Positions 57,810-64,000 of a stretch of DNA of 64,000 nucleotides are shown piece by piece. Below the pieces are notes generated by a model. It saw only the letters and a list, made by a program, of their open reading frames with translations. It was not told the origin of the DNA and did no database searches. The stretch lies in assembly GCA_964606295.1 (NCBI GenBank), contig CAZSFR010000001.1:56504-120503 (forward strand). Direction: 5' to 3'. Both the position numbers and the translations under genes were made by a program. This stretch comes from an uncultured Candidatus Saccharibacteria bacterium (GTDB lineage Bacteria > Patescibacteriota > Minisyncoccia > Phycocordibacterales > UBA9973). Position 1 is the stretch's first letter. Each line of letters opens with the position of its first letter.

Positions 57810-58910
57810 TTAGAAATTACCAGTTGCTATATATGTAACATCTGTCGAGTATGAACCCGCTTCTGTTGTTGTCGCGATGTTTGCGATGTATTGAACGTCG
57901 ATTGTTTCAGTTGCAGTAGCTATTGTTTCAGATGCGATGGTGGTTGTAGTGCCGGCAACAAACGCGTAGCTATTTGTTCCCGCAAGTTCGTATGCGGATG
58001 CTATCGTCACGTTACCTCCGTTATCGTCGATACCTAGAGCAAACTGCTCTGATGCTGGGGTGCCGTCTGCGTCTGATGCAATAGTCGCTACGTTTATAGT
58101 GTTCGCTCCACTTGTGAGAGTGGCACCGAAGTATGTGATCGAGTATCCAGATGCAGCGTTTGTGGCAATAGTCATTTCGTGCGCCCCAGTTGTATCACCT
58201 GGTAGAACTCCTGTACCAGTTGCATCTGCTGTCGCATATCGTGCAGCGGTTGCATCGAGAGCTCCGAACCCTATCGCTACGTCAGATATAGAAAAGGTGA
58301 TTGTTGGGCTCACGGTTGCAGTGATGTTGACTGAGTCGTCCGTTATGATATCTATTGCGATAGTTCCTGTGTCTCCGAATCCACCAGTTATTGCAACGGA
58401 ATCATCATCATCTGCTCCACCGTTTGCCATAGTACTGGCTGAACCCGTACCTCCAGTTGTTGCAGCTGTACCCCAGACGAGACGCATACAGAATCCTGCA
58501 GTGAGGGTTTCGTCTGTGTCTGGCGAAAGAGTAAGGACATCCCCTGTGACATCTATTCCCCATTCCGTTCCAGAAGCATTAAGAGCAACTGTTTTATCGG
58601 TATAAACTGCAGTAGAGCACGTTGCACTGTCGCCGAGCTCTATATCAAAGTTTACCGCGGATTCTCCAACGAGTACGAAATCAGAACTAAAAGTAAGTAT
58701 GATTGTATCTGCGCCTCCTGTTTGAATGCCTGTCGGAGTCGCAAATTGAATAGTACCGGAATCGTTTGCACCTGTAGCTTCTATTCGTCCGAGTGTTGCA
58801 CTCGCGCTGGTCACCGAGGCAGCCATAGCCTTGCTTGGAAGCAAAGAAATAGCTCCGGTCGCTGTGACAATGAAGACAAGTACAAAAAGGGATGTTGCGA
58901 ATTTTTTCAT
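57810..58910 (-). CDS. Secreted Thr/Ala/Gly-rich protein (366 aa), paralog B. Tandem duplicate of paralog A with a diverged N-terminal half. Start is MKKFATSLFV at 58910.
   Basis: Same signal peptide and C-terminal domain as paralog A. Its upstream intergenic region is also related to that of paralog A. Confidence 0.6.
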   Translation of the reverse strand: MKKFATSLFVLVFIVTATGAISLLPSKAMAASVTSASATLGRIEATGANDSGTIQFATPTGIQTGGADTIILTFSSDFVLVGESAVNFDIELGDSATCSTAVYTDKTVALNASGTEWGIDVTGDVLTLSPDTDETLTAGFCMRLVWGTAATTGGTGSASTMANGGADDDDSVAITGGFGDTGTIAIDIITDDSVNITATVSPTITFSISDVAIGFGALDATAARYATADATGTGVLPGDTTGAHEMTIATNAASGYSITYFGATLTSGANTINVATIASDADGTPASEQFALGIDDNGGNVTIASAYELAGTNSYAFVAGTTTTIASETIATATETIDVQYIANIATTTEAGSYSTDVTYIATGNF

Positions 58911-59024
58911 AATCTTGATTAAGAGCACTTTCTCTATTAGTTTATGTATATTTATTATAGCACTTTTACAGAAAATCGTTATGCGGAACTTCTGTGGAAA
59001 GTTGATATGCATATCTCGCATTTA

Positions 59025-62000
59025 CTAAAAATTCCCCGTCATTATATATGTCAGATCTGTGGAGTATGTTCCAAATTCTGTGCCTGCCGCCATATTTGCA
59101 AGATACCGAATTGAATACGTAGTACTAAATCCATCTCCCTCTGTTTGAGTTGCAAAGGTATCGGCTGTAGTCGTGCCAGCATAGCCAAATCCTGCTCCAC
59201 TGTAAGTCGCATCAACTGCATCATAATAAGATACCCCAGAGAGGCTAGCACGGGCGCCGAATTGTTCGGTGCCTGTACTCGAAGCTGTATTTGTAGAGCC
59301 TATCTCATCTATTGTATCGCCTCCACTCGTCAAAGTATTTCCCGAAACTGTTATTGTATAACCTCCAGACGCACTCGTTGATCCGGTCATAGTATGCGCT
59401 TCTACTTCTGATGCGCTTCCCGTTGTATCGTCTGTCGCATACCTAGCAAGAGATGCGTCAAGTGATCCAAATCCAATAGTCGTATCAGATATCGCAAAAG
59501 AAATAGTTCTATCTTCTGGCTCAACCCACTGGATGCCTATCATCGCAAAGTCCCATTGGTTTACAGAATTACTAGCTGCGCCACCATCGACAGAAGTTCG
59601 AAGTCGATACCATGCCTCATCCCCTCCAGTGCTCACCAAATCTTCTGGATTTGTCATATAGCCGGCCATACCTCCAGAGGTATTTGTGGCCACTGTTATA
59701 TTGTCGGTATATACGAGGGCGGTAGTCGCCGACGCACCGAGTGCAATAAATCCTCCGATCGTAGCGGCAGCCGTGTTGTACCCCGAATAGTCCGCAATAC
59801 CGAGAGCAACTGTGCCGGCAACACCAGATAAAAATGAACTCGCAAAAAATATTCCTGTGATAGATCCATATGTTGGCTCTCCCATACTAAACTTCGTATG
59901 TGTTCCTGCCCCTTCTTCGTTGATTGTCGCGTCCATATCGACATCGAATGCATAGAAATCAAAAGCTGCGCCAGTCCCCCTGTTTGTAGATTCATTTTCA
60001 GTTGTTATCGTCCAAGCTGTTCCGTTATTTGTTGCACCTTCCAAGTTTACCGTACGCGTGGCAGTACAGTCATTTGTCGCAACTGTTCCAAACGATATAA
60101 AACACTTTGTTGCCCCATCATCAGAATTGGTTGTACCGAACATGAGATATGCCATGTCTATCTGTATCGCACCTGTGTCTGCTCCTGACGAGCGATAGAA
60201 TCGGAGCCTCGCTTCCCCTTCTGATACATAATCATCCATGGTGATGTTGTTTACCGCTCCAATACGGAACGTATCTGTCGTCGAACAAGATGCGATCTCA
60301 TTAATGATGTTCACCCACGCAGCTGTCGTAAAGTTATAAAGCGCCATTCTCACTTCCAGCGCAGTGCCTCCTACGGAACATGCAAATTCTGCGCGAGCAA
60401 GTATGGTATTCATACCAGGATACGTTTTTACATTTTTATACGATATATAACAATCGGGACCTCCAGTGGTACCGAGACACTGCAGGTCTATATTGTTCGA
60501 ACCCGCCTGCGTGACCGTATTTGCATTGGTGTAGTCGCCAGTAAAACTATTTGTAAGTGCTACAGCACCTGCTGGCTCATAGACTGGATTGATAACAGGA
60601 AAAATGCGCAGATAGTCAATCGCGAAGTTGCCCGCAGTTGTAGCGTTGGTCGTTGAATAATATCTAAAAAGGACACGCTTGTTCGCATCGGTTGTGACAA
60701 AATTGGTAAGTGGAGTGGAGATCGCTGTGTTTGAACCATTGGACCATTTGCCGTCATACACATTCCACGTATATGCTGTCGCTGTCGTTGGTGAAATAGT
60801 GGCGTCGCGTGAATTGAGTGTTCTCCACCCGCCTCCGGTGCAGTTTGCATCGGCCACATGGTCGACACTCGTCGTCGAAATCCAATCGCATATTTGTACC
60901 AACAGCACAGGTGCGGTCACGTCGGTGTCTATCTCTGACTGGACGATAATAGTATTCGCACCATTGAGCTTCACTCCATCGAGTTTTAGTTGGACATCAA
61001 TACCCGATGCTGTACCAGTAAGTTCCCAGTGTCTGTTGTCGTCTGCTGTTGTTCCTTTCCATGAACCGGTATTGGCACCGTTTGCTCCTGCTGCGATAAT
61101 ATTGTTTGCAGTAGTATCTGTTCCCGTAACGAGTGTTTGACCTGTAGGTATAAATGCATGGGTGACAGTTGGGTTGTAAGAATCCTCAACCCACTGTATC
61201 GATAGCATCACGAAATCCCACGCAGTTGTAGAGTTATCTGTCGTAGCACCTGAAGTAGATGTACGCAGGCGCATGTTCATAATGCCATCCACTGTATCGA
61301 CATAATTTTCTGGATTTAGTTGGAGTCCGTAGGCCAGTGCGCCCGTCGCAGACAGCGTATCTTGAAATGTTTGTGTCGTTGCGTTAACAGCAGAACCGAC
61401 ATCAGTCCAGCCACCAGTAATAGAAGTGAAACCAGAATAATCGTTAATACCATTTATCACTTGAGTTGTACCGATACTTCGAGATGTAGTACGACTAGCC
61501 CAATTGATACCAACAACTTGCGCATTTGCTGGCACGGTTATTGGTACTGATACATTTGCGGACACACCCTCTTCGGCTGTCACGTCTTGATCTGTGTCGA
61601 ACGGGTAAAATGAATTTGCTTCACCTGTTCCCATCGCTGCGGATTCGTCCTCGCCTGCGATATCGAACGACGTCGTAGATCCGTTTGTATCCATTCCGCG
61701 AGTATTCGTGCAGTTTGTCGCAGTTCCAGTTCCAAAAGAAATCTCACAGAGCGATGAGTCAGCGTTTACAGAGCCGAGCATTATGTACTGCCAGTCCAAT
61801 AGAATACCGTTGGTAATAGCAGAGGTACTTGCCCATCTGATACGAATCTCTCCATCTGAAATAAAGTCATTGAGAACAAATCCAGCATCCGAAACTGTGT
61901 TGTGTGCAATATAGTAACTCGTGTCCGTCGTTGAGCAGGTGATGTTCGCAGAGCCGAGTGCATCCCACGTTGACGTCGTGAAATCATAAATATAGGGCCT

Positions 62001-63032
62001 GATAGTTGGGGTACCGCTGTTGCAACTCACGGATGATGCGAGCATGATAGTGTTCATGCCAGTATATTGCTTCACATTTTTATATGACAAATAAAAATCA
62101 ACAACTTGAGAACTCGCGGCTACTCCCACACGGATGTTGTCGTTTGTGCCTACCGTCGTCACTGATGTAGCATTGTTTACCAGCGGAATCGAGTTTACAT
62201 ACACACCCACTTCTGCCCCGTCACCAGATACTTGATCGACATAATCCGCTGCATAATACACAGAATCTATATATGCAAATACGGTAAGGTAATCAATCGA
62301 TACAACAGATGTGGTATTTGTCGTTGAATAAAATCGGATTTTCAATTCACTGCTACTGTTTACAAAATTCGTAAGTGGAGTGTCGATAGGAGTGCCTGCA
62401 TCAGATGTTCCGTTAGAAAAAACACCATCGTATATTTGCCAGCGCAACTGGTCGTTTGCTGTATCTGTATACGCAACATCAGCATTGGCAGCTGTTTGTG
62501 TATTGATAGTACGCCATCCACCAGTTGTACAATTTGCATCTGCTACATTGTCGACGTTTGTCGAAGAAGTGAAGTCGCAGATCTGGAAAACCATACTAGG
62601 AACTGTCGCATCAAGGTCTATCTCAAGGCCTATATCTATTTTATTGGCACCATTTAGATTTACCCCTCCGACGGTCGTCACCAGTGAAATACCAGAGGCC
62701 GTAGAGGCAACAGTCCAATGAAAACTATCGTTACCTTGCATAGCTTGATATGAGCCGAGATTTGTACCTTCGACTGCTGCGATCGTCGCTGATGTCACTA
62801 TCTGTTCAGTACCCGTTTCCACAGTGGTAGCAGTAGGGAAAAATTGATACGTCGCAGCATCTGCTTTTGGGATATCTCGTACAATTTCTTTGCTCGAAGC
62901 AACACGAGAAAGTATTATCTCTGGAATACCACTGACTAAAAACAAAACTATCAAAACAAAAGATACAACTTTTTGAAATTCAATTGCACTTAGAGATTTC
63001 CTTATTTTATTTTTTAAAATTATAAAAAACAT
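59025..63032 (-). CDS. Giant (1335-aa) surface protein. It has an N-terminal signal/anchor, two ~500-aa internal tandem repeats with conserved Cys pairs, and a C-terminal ~170-aa domain homologous to paralogs A and B (…FGTYSTDLTYIMTGNF).
   Basis: Repeat blocks ICDFTSSTNVDNVADANCTTGGWRTIN / ICDWISTTSVDHVADANCTGGGWRTLN, LSYKNVKQYTGMNTIML / ISYKNVKTYPGMNTILA, WDFVMLSIQWVE / WDFAMIGIQWVE. Confidence 0.6.
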   Translation of the reverse strand: MFFIILKNKIRKSLSAIEFQKVVSFVLIVLFLVSGIPEIILSRVASSKEIVRDIPKADAATYQFFPTATTVETGTEQIVTSATIAAVEGTNLGSYQAMQGNDSFHWTVASTASGISLVTTVGGVNLNGANKIDIGLEIDLDATVPSMVFQICDFTSSTNVDNVADANCTTGGWRTINTQTAANADVAYTDTANDQLRWQIYDGVFSNGTSDAGTPIDTPLTNFVNSSSELKIRFYSTTNTTSVVSIDYLTVFAYIDSVYYAADYVDQVSGDGAEVGVYVNSIPLVNNATSVTTVGTNDNIRVGVAASSQVVDFYLSYKNVKQYTGMNTIMLASSVSCNSGTPTIRPYIYDFTTSTWDALGSANITCSTTDTSYYIAHNTVSDAGFVLNDFISDGEIRIRWASTSAITNGILLDWQYIMLGSVNADSSLCEISFGTGTATNCTNTRGMDTNGSTTSFDIAGEDESAAMGTGEANSFYPFDTDQDVTAEEGVSANVSVPITVPANAQVVGINWASRTTSRSIGTTQVINGINDYSGFTSITGGWTDVGSAVNATTQTFQDTLSATGALAYGLQLNPENYVDTVDGIMNMRLRTSTSGATTDNSTTAWDFVMLSIQWVEDSYNPTVTHAFIPTGQTLVTGTDTTANNIIAAGANGANTGSWKGTTADDNRHWELTGTASGIDVQLKLDGVKLNGANTIIVQSEIDTDVTAPVLLVQICDWISTTSVDHVADANCTGGGWRTLNSRDATISPTTATAYTWNVYDGKWSNGSNTAISTPLTNFVTTDANKRVLFRYYSTTNATTAGNFAIDYLRIFPVINPVYEPAGAVALTNSFTGDYTNANTVTQAGSNNIDLQCLGTTGGPDCYISYKNVKTYPGMNTILARAEFACSVGGTALEVRMALYNFTTAAWVNIINEIASCSTTDTFRIGAVNNITMDDYVSEGEARLRFYRSSGADTGAIQIDMAYLMFGTTNSDDGATKCFISFGTVATNDCTATRTVNLEGATNNGTAWTITTENESTNRGTGAAFDFYAFDVDMDATINEEGAGTHTKFSMGEPTYGSITGIFFASSFLSGVAGTVALGIADYSGYNTAAATIGGFIALGASATTALVYTDNITVATNTSGGMAGYMTNPEDLVSTGGDEAWYRLRTSVDGGAASNSVNQWDFAMIGIQWVEPEDRTISFAISDTTIGFGSLDASLARYATDDTTGSASEVEAHTMTGSTSASGGYTITVSGNTLTSGGDTIDEIGSTNTASSTGTEQFGARASLSGVSYYDAVDATYSGAGFGYAGTTTADTFATQTEGDGFSTTYSIRYLANMAAGTEFGTYSTDLTYIMTGNF

Positions 63033-63033
63033 T

Positions 63034-64000
63034 TTATTGTGTCAAAATATCTACGACTTCGAGTTGTTCATCATTTTTAATATCTTCATTGGCAGTAGTG
63101 TCAGTTTTCAATTGATTGAGCGCTTCTTCTTCCGCTATTTTCTCTTCGAGAGGGGTAACAATTTCAAGATTTGCTGGATCGATTGCAATCTCACTTACAT
63201 CTCCGTTTGGTTCCAAATATTTTACTTCAGATTCTAGAGAAGTACTAATACTTTGTGACGACATCCCTCCAGAAGCAGTATTGTATTGATTTATCGCAGT
63301 CTTATCTCGTGAAAGCCAGAAAATAATCGTGCCTGAAACATCAACAGGTGTTGCAATGTCTACAGTATCGCCTGATGCAACAAAATTCCATTCTAGTCCT
63401 TTTGCTCGTTCGGCTTGTATTTGTTCATCAGTATAGATTATAGGTATTACTCCAGGAACTATTTCTTCGGTAGTTGTAATAATAGGAATATTTTCATCGT
63501 CAAAATATTGTGTAGACTGCGGAATATTTTCATTTACAAAATTATTTATGATAATCACCCCTTCACCTGGTGTCGGCACAGAATCAAAATCAGACTGCGT
63601 ATTCTCTTCATTTATTTCTTGATCTTCAGAAGGAACTTCTTCATCAATATTCAAATCAAGTGACGATGATTCCGGATCTATATCAGTATTAGTATCAGTG
63701 TTGGCCTCAACCTCAGGCTCAGTAGAAGAATCCGAAGTGACACTGACTTCATCACCAGATGAGGACGAATCAGAAGTATCACCGCTCGTTTCAGTTGCTC
63801 CCTCTTCGGCATAGACTGGATGTAATCCAAATAATGATTTTATTTTATTTAAAACAGTCACTTCATTTGTCGAAGGTGTCACTATATCTTCTGTCACTGG
63901 AACCTCTTCTATGATTGGAGTAGGATCTTCTGTTATCGGATCCTCTTCTACGGCTGGGGCCGGATCTTCTGTCGTAACAGGAACATCTATCAAAATGTCT
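63034..64000 (-). CDS. Partial CDS (5' end beyond the window): extremely acidic, Thr/Glu/Asp/Pro-rich repetitive protein. Probably part of the same surface locus.
   Basis: The ORF continues in frame past position 64000. Sequence EDPAPAVEEDPITEDPTPIIEEVPVTED… is low complexity. Confidence 0.45.
   Translation of the reverse strand, partial: DILIDVPVTTEDPAPAVEEDPITEDPTPIIEEVPVTEDIVTPSTNEVTVLNKIKSLFGLHPVYAEEGATETSGDTSDSSSSGDEVSVTSDSSTEPEVEANTDTNTDIDPESSSLDLNIDEEVPSEDQEINEENTQSDFDSVPTPGEGVIIINNFVNENIPQSTQYFDDENIPIITTTEEIVPGVIPIIYTDEQIQAERAKGLEWNFVASGDTVDIATPVDVSGTIIFWLSRDKTAINQYNTASGGMSSQSISTSLESEVKYLEPNGDVSEIAIDPANLEIVTPLEEKIAEEEALNQLKTDTTANEDIKNDEQLEVVDILTQ

Noticed and set aside
56580-59021. 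Possible CRISPR array or mobile element, because of long exact repeats.
   Set aside because: The repeats are 480-bp identical coding segments of two tandem paralogous genes. There are no short regularly spaced repeats and no cas genes, and no integrase or transposase anywhere in the window.
56580-63032. C-terminal …TYIATGNF as an outer-membrane beta-barrel beta-signal (terminal Phe).
   Set aside because: The alternating hydrophobic pattern is incomplete (Gly at -2, Thr at -3) and the proteins are low-complexity, soluble-looking domains. Nothing else suggests an outer membrane. I left the C-terminus as an unassigned conserved domain instead.

Overview
The window is a 64-kb chromosomal segment from a small-genome, moderately AT-rich bacterium. 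It looks like a Candidate Phyla Radiation (CPR/Patescibacteria) organism; this is inference from shortened MetK, AlaRS and L13, from tight minus-strand housekeeping operons, and from cohesin/dockerin-type surface proteins. Nearly all genes are on the minus strand. The housekeeping backbone is: a complete F1Fo ATP synthase operon (atpZ-like, B, E, F, H, A, G, D, C), unusually interrupted by two small ORFs in AT-rich spacers; a tRNA-Ile(GAU) flanked by partial copies of itself; the chaperone genes dnaJ, dnaK and grpE, with a PaaX-like regulator wedged between grpE and dnaK; a ribosomal/RNAP block (rpsI-rplM / rplQ-rpoA-rpsD-rpsK-rpsM-rpmJ-infA); alaS, mnmA, mltG, typA/bipA, rseP, frr, holB-like and mreB; pyrE and pyrF convergent on one shared terminator; priA with degenerate ATPase motifs; and rpsU-ybeY-ftsA-ftsZ-trxB. 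Upstream of metK there is a SAM-I riboswitch with its terminator. Two accessory regions stand out. (1) 9.8-13.8 kb holds two hypothetical ORFs, an orphan multi-TM sensor histidine kinase, and an overlapping pair (267-aa hypothetical plus a membrane-anchored 12-Cys small protein). (2) 51.9-64.0 kb is a dense all-minus-strand cell-surface locus. It contains two membrane-anchored cohesin-like proteins, a Gly-run/dockerin protein, a bitopic surface protein, two near-identical tandem paralogs of a Thr/Ala/Gly-rich secreted protein, a 1335-aa giant paralog with an internal ~500-aa duplication, and a very acidic repeat protein. The three paralogs share a ~170-aa C-terminal domain ending in ...TGNF that I cannot assign to any known family. 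The locus is my best candidate for an undescribed system: a cohesin-dockerin-based surface adhesin/fibre assembly with a variable subunit repertoire. No CRISPR array, rRNA, integrase or transposase was found.
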